From NCBI GenBank assembly GCA_031316235.1, contig JALDRA010000001.1:750001-782000 (forward strand): a DNA stretch of 32,000 nucleotides. Direction: 5' to 3'. Origin of the DNA: Candidatus Scalindua sp. GTDB taxonomy: Bacteria; Planctomycetota; Brocadiia; Brocadiales; Scalinduaceae. Each line of letters begins with the position of its first letter. The stretch's first letter is position 1. A program made the translations under genes and the position numbers. Positions 24,471 through 32,000 of this stretch are shown here, piece by piece. The notes below the pieces were generated by a model. The model saw nothing but the letters and a program-made list of their open reading frames with translations, made no database searches and was not told the origin of the DNA.

Positions 24471-26249
24471 TTATTTTACCTGAATAGCTTTGGAGTTACA
24501 GACCTCAAAACACATCCCGCAGTTTATACATTTTGCCTGAATAATAGTATAGGACCCTTTTACTTTCTTTTCTCCCGTAATTGCACCAACCGGGCATTGA
24601 ATCTGACACAAGGAACAGCCAATGCAGTCGGCAGGGATAATAGTGTGGGTTATCAGGCTTTTGCACACACCGGCAGGGCATCTCCTATCTTTAATATGTG
24701 CCTCATACTCGCTGCGGAAATATTTCAGCGTGGTTGCAACGGGATTGGGTGCAGTCTGCCCAAGTCCGCACAGGCTAGCCTTTGTTATCTGTTCAGTCAG
24801 CTCATCAAGCGCATCCAAGTCTGACATCTCAGCCTCTCCGTCACAAATCTTGGTCAAAAGCTCCCTCATCCTCAAGGTACCAATTCTGCAGAAAGTGCAT
24901 TTTCCACACGATTCCAGCTGGGTAAAACTGAGGAAATACTTGGCAAGGTCAACCATGCAGGTAGATCCATCCATCACGATCATGCCACCGGATCCCATAA
25001 TGGCGCCTGTAGCATTTATCGCAGCATACTCGATTGTCGTATCAAAAAGGCTTTCCGGGATACATCCCCCGGATGGTCCTCCAAGCTGTACAGCTTTAAA
25101 TGGCTTTCCCGATGATGGCCCGCCACCGATATCCTCCAGCACGTCTCGTATCTTTGTACCCATCGGGACTTCAACCAGACCTCCTTTTTTAATGGCCCCT
25201 GCCAGTGCAAACACCTTTGTACCTTTGGAATCTTCAGTCCCGTATGCAGCATAGGCGGCCCCGCCATTATTAATTATCCATGGCAGATTAGCCAGGGTTT
25301 CAACATTGTTTATTATGGTCGGCTTACCGAATAAACCTTTCACAGCAGGAAATGGAGGTTTAAATCTCGGCATTCCCCGATCTCCCTCAATTGAGGCAAT
25401 CAGGGCAGTCTCCTCTCCGCAGACAAAAGCACCTGCACCTTCCTTTATTTTTATGTCAAACGAGAAACTGCTTCCCTGAATATTTTCCCCTAGTACACCC
25501 AGTTCATGAGCGTCCTTTATCGCTTTTCCGAAGTTTTTCACAGCCAGTGGATATTCTGCCCGGATATACGCATATCCCCTGGCAGCTCCGATGGCATATG
25601 CAGCGATCATCATGCCTTCAATGATATTGTGAGGGTCTCCTTCTAAAAGCGAGCGGTCCATAAAGGCTCCCGGGTCGCCCTCATCACCATTACAGATAAG
25701 ATACTTGACATCTCCTTCAGATTTTCTGGCAAAATTCCACTTGACATGCGTGGGAAATCCTGCACCGCCCCGTCCTCTGATACTGGAAATTTTAATCTCC
25801 TCGATAACCTGATCAGGCGACATTTCAGCAACAATTTTTTTAATTGCTTTATAACCGTCCCTCTTCTGATAATCCGAAATTGATGTGGGATCCAGATATC
25901 CGACATTCCGGAGAGCTATCCTGGTTTGATGCCCCAGATACTGCCATTTATGAGAATCCTGTTTCTCGGGTGAGTAAATCAAATGTTCCTCCAGGGGTTC
26001 ACCCTCCCCTTTATGAAACTTTATGATTTGCGGAACTGTTTTCTTTGTGACTTGACCGTATATATATCTGTTGCCGTTGTTATCATGTATCTCGGTGATT
26101 ACCTCCTGATGGCACATACCGACACAACCAACAGTTCTGATGTTTATTTCCGGAGCGTATTTCCGGAAGGCTTCTATCACCTCTTTTGAGCCTGCAGCGA
26201 TTCCACAGGTCCCTTCTCCAACGATTACGTTAAGATTATTTGCATCCAT
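24471..26249 (-). CDS. NuoF/HydB-like NAD(H)-binding FMN Fe-S subunit with extra N- and C-terminal cluster domains
   Basis: GRGGAGFPTHVKW (FMN/NADH loop), ICNGDEGDPGAFMDR, ESCGKCTFCRIG (N3 cluster). C-terminal CIGCSLCQIQCP and CINCGMCFEVC. An N-terminal thioredoxin-like segment carries TCGIAAG...GCVGMCHQE. Confidence 0.88.
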   Translation of the reverse strand: MDANNLNVIVGEGTCGIAAGSKEVIEAFRKYAPEINIRTVGCVGMCHQEVITEIHDNNGNRYIYGQVTKKTVPQIIKFHKGEGEPLEEHLIYSPEKQDSHKWQYLGHQTRIALRNVGYLDPTSISDYQKRDGYKAIKKIVAEMSPDQVIEEIKISSIRGRGGAGFPTHVKWNFARKSEGDVKYLICNGDEGDPGAFMDRSLLEGDPHNIIEGMMIAAYAIGAARGYAYIRAEYPLAVKNFGKAIKDAHELGVLGENIQGSSFSFDIKIKEGAGAFVCGEETALIASIEGDRGMPRFKPPFPAVKGLFGKPTIINNVETLANLPWIINNGGAAYAAYGTEDSKGTKVFALAGAIKKGGLVEVPMGTKIRDVLEDIGGGPSSGKPFKAVQLGGPSGGCIPESLFDTTIEYAAINATGAIMGSGGMIVMDGSTCMVDLAKYFLSFTQLESCGKCTFCRIGTLRMRELLTKICDGEAEMSDLDALDELTEQITKASLCGLGQTAPNPVATTLKYFRSEYEAHIKDRRCPAGVCKSLITHTIIPADCIGCSLCQIQCPVGAITGEKKVKGSYTIIQAKCINCGMCFEVCNSKAIQVK

Positions 26250-26373
26250 TATTCAACTTTCAATAAATAATTGGGTAAACCATCAGCAGCGGCTGATAGG
26301 TCATATAAAACTATTACACCCCGGAAGACAGAAAGGAAAGAAAGATAGTACTCACCTCAACACTCTATTGCCA

Positions 26374-26886
26374 TTATAAATTGGCAACGATCTCTTCGCT
26401 CTTTTTGGCATGCTTTTTCAATGCCCTCTGTGCAGCAGCGCCTGTAAGATTGCCTGAAACCTCATCTGAGATAACCATCACTGGTGCCTGACTGCAGCAT
26501 CCGATACAGGCAACCTGTTCAATAGTATAGCTTCCGTTTTCAGCTGTATCCTGCTCTTCGTCAGCAATATTGAGCATGTGCCGGAGAGAAGTGTTGAGTC
26601 TGTCCGCACCTGAAACATGGCAGGCGGTTCCATGGCATATTTTTATAATGTGCCGTCCGACAGGCTTTAATCTGAATTGGGAATAAAAGGTAGCGACTCC
26701 GTAAACCTGCCTACCGGTTATATCGGTATTTTGAACTATCAGATCCATCGCAGCCCTCGGCAGATAGCCGTATTGTGATTGAACAGCCTGCAACAGCGGA
26801 ACTGTTGACGATGAATCACTTCCAATCTTCTTTATCCATTCCAAAACAACTTCGGGTTCTACTTTAGCTTCTAAGGCTTGACTCAT
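26374..26886 (-). CDS. NuoE/HydC-like 2Fe-2S subunit
   Basis: KICHGTACHVSG...CIGCCSQAPVMV, the thioredoxin-like 2Fe-2S motif of NuoE. 170 aa. Confidence 0.88.
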   Translation of the reverse strand: MSQALEAKVEPEVVLEWIKKIGSDSSSTVPLLQAVQSQYGYLPRAAMDLIVQNTDITGRQVYGVATFYSQFRLKPVGRHIIKICHGTACHVSGADRLNTSLRHMLNIADEEQDTAENGSYTIEQVACIGCCSQAPVMVISDEVSGNLTGAAAQRALKKHAKKSEEIVANL

Positions 26887-27065
26887 TTCAGGTAATTTTG
26901 TTCTTCAGTTAAAAAAATAAGTTTCGCTTATAAATCCGTTATTCTTATGCACACATATAGTACCAGTTAACTACTCAAAAATACAACCATTTTTTCATAA
27001 GTATTCAGACAGATTCAGGACATCACATCATGGAAACAACGCGGCTCTGCTTTCTCAAGCACTAT

Positions 27066-27836
27066 TTAAAAGTCTTTGAGAGGACTGCTGGCATTAGCGT
27101 ACAATCTTTTCGGTATCCTGCCCGACAGGTATGCCAGACGTCCAGATTCACAAGCCAGCTTCATAGCCTTTGCCATCGATACCGGGTCCCTGGCCTTGGC
27201 AATACCGGTATTTAATAAAACCCCCTCACATCCGAGTTCCATGGCGATGCTGACGTCGGATGCCGTCCCCACCCCGGCATCAACAATCACGGGCACGCTC
27301 AGTGTCTCAAGAATGATCCTTATATTATTTTGATTTAATACACCCTGACCTGACCCAATTGGAGAACCTGCAGGCATAACACTTGTTGCACCTGCATCCT
27401 GCAGTCTTCTGGCAGTTATCGGGTCATCTGATGTATAGACAAGGACAGTAAACCCCTCTTTCACCAATATTTCAGTCGCTTTCAAGGTTTCGATCGGGTC
27501 TGGTAAAAGGGTGTTTTCATCTCCCAGAACCTCCAGTTTTACCATATCTGAGATTCCCATCTCCCGGGCCAGGAGTGCGGTTCTTACCGCTTCATCGGAT
27601 GAATAGCACCCTGCGGTGTTCGGCAGTATCGTATATTTGTCTCTGTCAATATGATCAAGCAGGGACTCTCCGGGCTTCCCCCCGATATTTGCACGTCTTA
27701 CTGCTACCGTAACTACCTGAGTACCACTGGCTTCCAGAGCTTTTTTCATAAGAGGAAATGTTTCATATTTTCCGGTGCCTACAAATAACCTGGAATCAAA
27801 CCTATATTTGCCGATTTTGAGTCTCGTATCTTCCAT
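27066..27836 (-). CDS. thiG: Thiazole synthase
   Basis: [17 protein letters not shown] (Schiff-base Lys context), [25 protein letters not shown]. Full-length ThiG. Confidence 0.95.
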   Translation of the reverse strand: MEDTRLKIGKYRFDSRLFVGTGKYETFPLMKKALEASGTQVVTVAVRRANIGGKPGESLLDHIDRDKYTILPNTAGCYSSDEAVRTALLAREMGISDMVKLEVLGDENTLLPDPIETLKATEILVKEGFTVLVYTSDDPITARRLQDAGATSVMPAGSPIGSGQGVLNQNNIRIILETLSVPVIVDAGVGTASDVSIAMELGCEGVLLNTGIAKARDPVSMAKAMKLACESGRLAYLSGRIPKRLYANASSPLKDF

Positions 27837-27839
27837 ATA

Positions 27840-28040
27840 TCACCCGCCACCAACGAAGGTGACCACTTCTAAATTGTCACTTTCCTGTAATTTTATCTCA
27901 TTAAATTGTGTACGTGGAATTATTTTACGATTTTTTTCAACAGCAACGAATCTCATGTCTATATCCAGCTCTTCCAGCAGCTTGGCAATAGATGTGCCCT
28001 CCGAACACTCCAGTTTTTCATCGTTCACGGTAATTTGCAT
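27840..28040 (-). CDS. thiS: Sulfur-carrier protein ThiS
   Basis: 66 aa, MQITVNDEK..., ends in VGGG (C-terminal Gly-Gly), immediately upstream of thiG. Confidence 0.9.
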   Translation of the reverse strand: MQITVNDEKLECSEGTSIAKLLEELDIDMRFVAVEKNRKIIPRTQFNEIKLQESDNLEVVTFVGGG

Positions 28041-28175
28041 TTTACTCTCAATCCATGTGCTGCCTGTTTCACGATCGTATCCACCATATAATTTTCCATT
28101 ATTCTAATTAGCTTTATAACAATTTCAAGGAAAAAGAGTTTTTGACATGGTATCGGTATTCAGATATACTTTCAT

Positions 28176-28260
28176 GCTGAGCTAAAAGTGCCCGCCTACA
28201 GCGCTGCTGTAAGGATTTCGTTATCCTTACGCGACGTGTATCCGGGCACGTTAGCTCAGC
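28176..28260. other. 85-nt extended hairpin in the thiS / udg divergent intergenic region
   Basis: GCTGAGCTAAAAGTGCCCG (28176-28194) pairs with CGGGCACGTTAGCTCAGC (28243-28260) with one unpaired A. The nested hairpin GTAAGGAT-TTCGTT-ATCCTTAC lies at 28209-28230. Confidence 0.6.
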
Positions 28261-28385
28261 GTGAGAGTTTCCGTCAGGCAATTAAATTATTCAGATTAAT
28301 ACCGGTGAATGACAATTGTTTTTTCCCGTAATTCATAGTTCACCACTTAGTAGGTAAGATAGTAAAAGGATCTTGTCAGTCTTCC

Positions 28386-29192
28386 ATGTCCAGGAACATA
28401 ACTCCCTCATTTCAATCTCCAAATAGAGAAGAAACTAAGACTGAAATCCTCTCCCTGCTGAATATCCTGTATCATAAAGTTGATTTAGAGAGAACATTTG
28501 GCGTGAGTGATCTTCAGGTATCTCCCTCCGGTGTACATCACCCTGCACTTGAAAAAAATACCGTCACAAAACAGATCAAACAGAAAATAATCAGCAATGA
28601 AACCAGGATTCCTGAAGAGCCGGAATATGATCAAGCAGATAACGTTTCAACACTTAAGAGCCTGGAAGAACAGGCAAAACAGTGCACAGACTGTGAACTG
28701 TCAAAGAGCAGAACAAACGTTGTTTTTGGAACAGGCTCGCCGAACTCTGACCTTATGTTTGTTGGCGAGGCACCGGGTTATTATGAAGATATCAAAGGAG
28801 AACCATTCGTTGGAAAAGCCGGACAGCTCTTGACAAAAATTATTGAAGCCATCGACTTGAAAAGAGGTGAGGTATACATTGCCAACGTATTAAAATGCCG
28901 TCCACCAGGGAACAGAAACCCCTCTCCCAATGAAATTATTTCCTGTACACCCTATTTATTTCAGCAAATTGATCTCATAAACCCGAAGATAATTTGCGCT
29001 CTCGGAACATTTGCAGCACAGGCATTGCTTAAGTCAACAGCCACGATTGGTACATTGCGTGGAAAATTTCATGAATTCCGGTCAACAAAACTCATCGCTA
29101 CGTACCATCCTGCTTACCTGTTACGAAATCCCAGTGAAAAGAGAAAAACCTGGGAAGACATGAAAAAGATCCGTGATTTTTTAAACTCGTAA
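28386..29192 (+). CDS. Family-4 uracil-DNA glycosylase with N-terminal extension
   Basis: CTDCELSKSRTNVVFGTGSPNSDLMFVGEAPGYYEDIKGEPFVGKAGQLL, NVLKCRPPGNRNP, ATYHPAYLLRNP. These are the family-4 (4Fe-4S) UDG motifs. About 95 non-conserved residues precede them. Confidence 0.9.
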   Translation: MSRNITPSFQSPNREETKTEILSLLNILYHKVDLERTFGVSDLQVSPSGVHHPALEKNTVTKQIKQKIISNETRIPEEPEYDQADNVSTLKSLEEQAKQCTDCELSKSRTNVVFGTGSPNSDLMFVGEAPGYYEDIKGEPFVGKAGQLLTKIIEAIDLKRGEVYIANVLKCRPPGNRNPSPNEIISCTPYLFQQIDLINPKIICALGTFAAQALLKSTATIGTLRGKFHEFRSTKLIATYHPAYLLRNPSEKRKTWEDMKKIRDFLNS

Positions 29193-29276
29193 GATATCAA
29201 ATCTTAGGCGCTCAGAGCGTCAAAGTTGCCAATATGTTGTCGTTATTTTATAAGTTGTTGAAGTTTTCATTTTTAG

Positions 29277-29444
29277 TCAGTAGTGTCCGGTTAGATTTTT
29301 GCGTAGGCGGCTTTCGTCATACCCGAACGCCTTTATCGGGTATCCAGTGACTCGTTTCATCATAGATTCCCGCTAAAAACATGCGGGAATGACAGTTTTG
29401 GGGCAATAAATTAAATACGCAAAAACCTAACCGGACACTACTGA
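29277..29444. mobile_element. Family-2 MITE: 168 bp, 30-bp terminal inverted repeats, flanked by the 7-bp direct repeat TTTTTAG
   Basis: The left end is TCAGTAGTGTCCGGTTAGATTTTTGCGTA. The reverse complement of the right end is TCAGTAGTGTCCGGTTAGGTTTTTGCGTA (one mismatch). TTTTTAG occurs at 29270-29276 and 29445-29451. Internal hairpins are ATACCCGA/TCGGGTAT (29319-29343) and ATTCCCGC/GCGGGAAT (29366-29390). Confidence 0.85.
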
Positions 29445-29471
29445 TTTTTAGTTAAAATTCTAAATAAAAAT

Positions 29472-29622
29472 ATCGAAATACGAAACAAATCCAAAATTCA
29501 AATTTCTACCCGCTCAAAATACAAACTATTTTTTACCCTATATTCTTTCGTTTTTGAAATTTGGAATTTGGATTTAAAATTGTTTCGAATTTCGGGTTTC
29601 GTGCTTCGGATTTATTCTATCA
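29472..29622. repeat. AT-rich imperfect palindrome built from CGAAA(T/C)-type short motifs (family 3)
   Basis: The left arm ATCGAAATACGAAACAAATCCAAAATTCAAATTTC (29472-29506) corresponds to the reverse complement of the right arm, ..CGAAATTCGAAACAATTTTAAATCCAAATTCCAAATTTC (29565-29622). The spacer is about 58 bp. Confidence 0.65.
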
Positions 29623-29729
29623 AACTATAATAAAAAAATATGGGTCTTTTCTTTATAGCAATAAGGGAAGATTTGAAAACTTCCGGCCTGGTCAGGTCTG
29701 GAATTAAAATTTCAGAAACCGTATTGCCC

Positions 29730-31028
29730 TTATAAATTCTTTATGCACCCTTGAAGCTCTCGTATTATTTCACTCACGTAATTTGAAATGTTCTTGAAGC
29801 CCTTGCCCTCCCCCATTAAACAGATACACCTCTCCGATATCTCTAAGGCCCTCGACAGGTGCTTCTTTTGACGATCAGTAAAAATTATCGCTCTTTCGGG
29901 CATGTATCGTATGTACTCCGAAAACTCCGCAGTCAACAACTCTTCAAGTACTGAGAATCCCCGGGTTTCAAGGGCACTTATCCTGCATATGGGAAGTGAA
30001 TGGTCTATCCCGAGCACTGACGTGTCTAATTTCTGAGGCAGGTCCGTCTTATTTACAACAACAATAACAGGAGTTTTACGAGGGTTTCTGCTTCCCTTAC
30101 ACCCCCTTGATATTTCCATGACAAATTCAAACAATTCCCTATCTTTGTCCTCACCGGGAATTGAATTATCAATCACATACACTATCTTGTCTGCCCTCCT
30201 TAATTGCTTCCTGGTAGCTGAAACACCAAGTTTTTCTACAGCATCCATTGTCTCTCTCATACCGGCAGTATCAACAATCGTAAAGGGGATGCCATAAACT
30301 GAGACCAGAACATCAATCGCATCACGTGTCGTACCCGGTTCTTCGTGGACAATAGATCTCTCCTCCCTTAAAAGAGCATTAATGAGTGTCGATTTCCCCA
30401 CATTTGGTCTTCCTGCAATTACCAGCCTTTGCGGTGAAGTAATTGCGCATCCAAAGGTAGCGGTTCCAATTATTTCACTCAAGCTTTTATGGATATGAGG
30501 TAACTGTTGTTTGATATTTTCATATTCAGCATTTATGATAAGATCCTTAATAAAAGAAGATAACGCACCATTATATTGGTCAATGAGGACTTTGGCACTT
30601 AACTTTGTCTTCGCCTGAGGTATTTCTCTGTACGCCTCTTTCTGAATAAGATCAATCTTCCCATTCATATAAGATCGTTCCGTAAGCTCTTCCCAATGTG
30701 CTTCCCGGGCCCCTGCAGAGAGTATACATTCAAGTGTCTTTTTAACCGCCTGAATACCACCATGGCAGTTAACCTCAACTAAATCCTCACCCGTATAGCT
30801 ATCCTCTTTTCGAAGTATATTAACGATCACTTCATCAACGGGTCTTTCATCCATGTAAATCTTTCCATAATGAAGACTCTTTGATTGGGCGGTTCTCAGG
30901 TCTCCATTCCTCTTTCCTCTAAAAACGGCATTTACTATCTCCCGAGAACGGGGCCCTGATACCTGAACCACACCTATTCCCCCCTCCCCTATAGGTGTAA
31001 CAATAGATGCGATTGTTTCTCCATTCAT
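29730..31028 (-). CDS. mnmE: tRNA modification GTPase MnmE (TrmE)
   Basis: N-terminus ETIASIVTPIGEGGIGVVQVSGP. G-domain motifs GRPNVGKSTLINALL, GTTRD, DTAGMR, NKTDL. The C-terminus reads GCIKNL rather than the canonical terminal CIGK. Confidence 0.88.
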   Translation of the reverse strand: MNGETIASIVTPIGEGGIGVVQVSGPRSREIVNAVFRGKRNGDLRTAQSKSLHYGKIYMDERPVDEVIVNILRKEDSYTGEDLVEVNCHGGIQAVKKTLECILSAGAREAHWEELTERSYMNGKIDLIQKEAYREIPQAKTKLSAKVLIDQYNGALSSFIKDLIINAEYENIKQQLPHIHKSLSEIIGTATFGCAITSPQRLVIAGRPNVGKSTLINALLREERSIVHEEPGTTRDAIDVLVSVYGIPFTIVDTAGMRETMDAVEKLGVSATRKQLRRADKIVYVIDNSIPGEDKDRELFEFVMEISRGCKGSRNPRKTPVIVVVNKTDLPQKLDTSVLGIDHSLPICRISALETRGFSVLEELLTAEFSEYIRYMPERAIIFTDRQKKHLSRALEISERCICLMGEGKGFKNISNYVSEIIRELQGCIKNL

Positions 31029-31182
31029 TTATATACTACCGATCCGTAAAATATTTTTCTCAGCCCACCGCGCTCGACCGCATGGCAATGTTGATTCCTG
31101 AGGGCTCAGCCAAACCCTTAATCAGACAGGGAGTTTTAAAATAATCTGTTGGTAAAAAGTGATTTAAAACGTGAATTCCTCA

Positions 31183-31297
31183 TATACTAAAACCGATTTG
31201 GTTTTAGATTTTTCTAAAAACCAAAGCCTGATTAATGGCACGTTCGCTCCGTTTTTCCCCGGATTTTACCCGAATACCATTAGTTAAGATGAGTATA
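31183..31297 (-). repeat. Family-1 structured intergenic repeat, copy F (short form, subfamily b)
   Basis: The reverse complement reads TATACTCATCTTAACTAATGGTATTCGGGTAAAATCCGGGGAAAAACGGAGCGAACGTGCCATTAATCAGGCTTTGGTTTTTAGAAAAATCTAAAACCAAATCGGTTTTAGTATA. Confidence 0.9.
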
Positions 31298-31743
31298 CAG
31301 GGAGTAAGACACTATCAGAATCAGGCAAAATTGTCAAATCCCCCCCTTTTTTCCAAGCACAATTCAACGAACTTGATAGAGGGAAAAAAGGGATGGATGG
31401 TAAGCTATCATAATGCGTTTAACGTCTGCACGTAATACATACCGCAGATGTATTATACTGAGGAAAACTTATAGCAGGAAAAAAATGATAAAAGAGATGG
31501 TGTTCACTCATGGTACCCTAACAGCCCCAGGGTTAATTGACGCATCGTCATCGTTACAGTCAACATCTGAATTGTAACCGTCTCCATAATCAGAGACATC
31601 CCTTTAAATTCTCTTTGACAATTCCCGGGAACGTAGATATGGTATTGAACATCAAAAATCCATCAGGGAATCAGAAGGTTGAATCAGCAAAGCACCGTAA
31701 CAAACGATACGGTCCTGCGGACTGAAAGGGTCTCAACTCAATC

Positions 31744-32000
31744 ATGAAAAAGATCAGGATACTTGTGAATAATATCTCAGCTATTGCAGATCTTGGAGAA
31801 AGTAAGACCTCAGAGGCAATCTGGGATGAGCTGCCAATTGAGTGCAGGGTAAATACCTGGGGAGAGGAGATCTATTTTGAGATCCCCGTAACCTCTCAGT
31901 TAGACTCAACTGCCAAAGAAGTAGTTGAAAAAGGTGATCTGGGATACTGGCCGACAGGAAAGGCATTCTGTATATTCTTCGGACCGACTCCTGCCAGCCG
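31744..32000 (+). CDS. Cyclophilin-like fold protein (TM1367-like), N-terminal part, continues past window end
   Basis: ATG 31744. Translation is MKKIRILVNNISAIADLGESKTSEAIWDELPIECRVNTWGEEIYFEIPVTSQLDSTAKEVVEKGDLGYWPTGKAFCIFFGPTPAS. The GD(L/I)xYWPxGxAxCIFFG block is how I remember this family. It is missing from the ORF track because no stop falls within the window. Confidence 0.6.
   Translation, partial: MKKIRILVNNISAIADLGESKTSEAIWDELPIECRVNTWGEEIYFEIPVTSQLDSTAKEVVEKGDLGYWPTGKAFCIFFGPTPAS

Noticed and set aside
28243-28260. tRNA gene suggested by the TTAGCTCAGC word
   Set aside because: No acceptor stem, anticodon arm or GGTTCGAATCC-type T-arm can be assembled. The word is the 3' arm of a long palindrome.
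28261-28320. TPP riboswitch upstream of thiS, or a THI-box-like word CAGATTAATACCGGTGAATGA on the + strand
   Set aside because: The - strand leader lacks the CUGAGA and ACCUGAUCUGGAUAAUGCCAGCG cores. The + strand resemblance is only a partial word, lacks the partner helices and would face the udg gene, which makes no regulatory sense.
390-31297. CRISPR array interpretation of the recurring ~120-nt repeats
   Set aside because: The copies are kilobases apart, occur in both orientations, are far longer than CRISPR repeats, vary in length and are separated by ordinary genes. No cas genes are present.

Overview
The window reads as bacterial chromosome, with about 27 credible CDS and no rRNA, tRNA or CRISPR array that I can support. 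Left to right: a catalase 5' end (-, runs off the window), a small zinc-ribbon ORF and galE. Then an ABC-2 type transporter trio (-), an HExxH hypothetical (-), trxA, a NifS/IscS-like protein and an FmdB-type zinc-ribbon protein. Then a DUF3786-like protein, a zinc-ribbon membrane protein and a large hybrid histidine kinase (-). A five-gene Nqr/Rnf-like membrane redox operon follows (+, 14139-20274). After it come hisF and a NuoE/NuoF/giant Fe-S flavoprotein operon preceded by thiS-thiG (all -). The window ends with a family-4 uracil-DNA glycosylase, mnmE (-) and the start of a cyclophilin-like protein. The points most worth a second look are these. (1) The Nqr/Rnf chimera has an RnfC-like first subunit that keeps two 4Fe-4S motifs but lacks the NADH/FMN loop, a single-polypeptide NqrD-NqrE (RnfE-RnfA) fusion with an extra linker helix, an NqrF-type reductase and no RnfB. 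(2) A 112-140 nt structured repeat family occurs in six full copies plus fragments, all intergenic, with compensatory and strand-specific G-U substitutions. (3) The NifS/IscS-like protein has Gln-Pro in place of the PLP-binding His-Lys. (4) There is a NuoE/NuoF module with a 2Fe-2S + GltD-like + NuoG-like fusion protein. (5) A 168-bp MITE has 30-bp terminal inverted repeats and a 7-bp target duplication, appears nested in a larger palindromic element, and has a decayed copy that produces a spurious ORF. Taxonomy cannot be fixed from the sequence. The anaerobe-type Fe-S flavoproteins, weak Shine-Dalgarno signals and AT-leaning composition fit an uncultured anaerobe, but that is only an impression. 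All domain calls come from reading motifs by eye; no database search was run.
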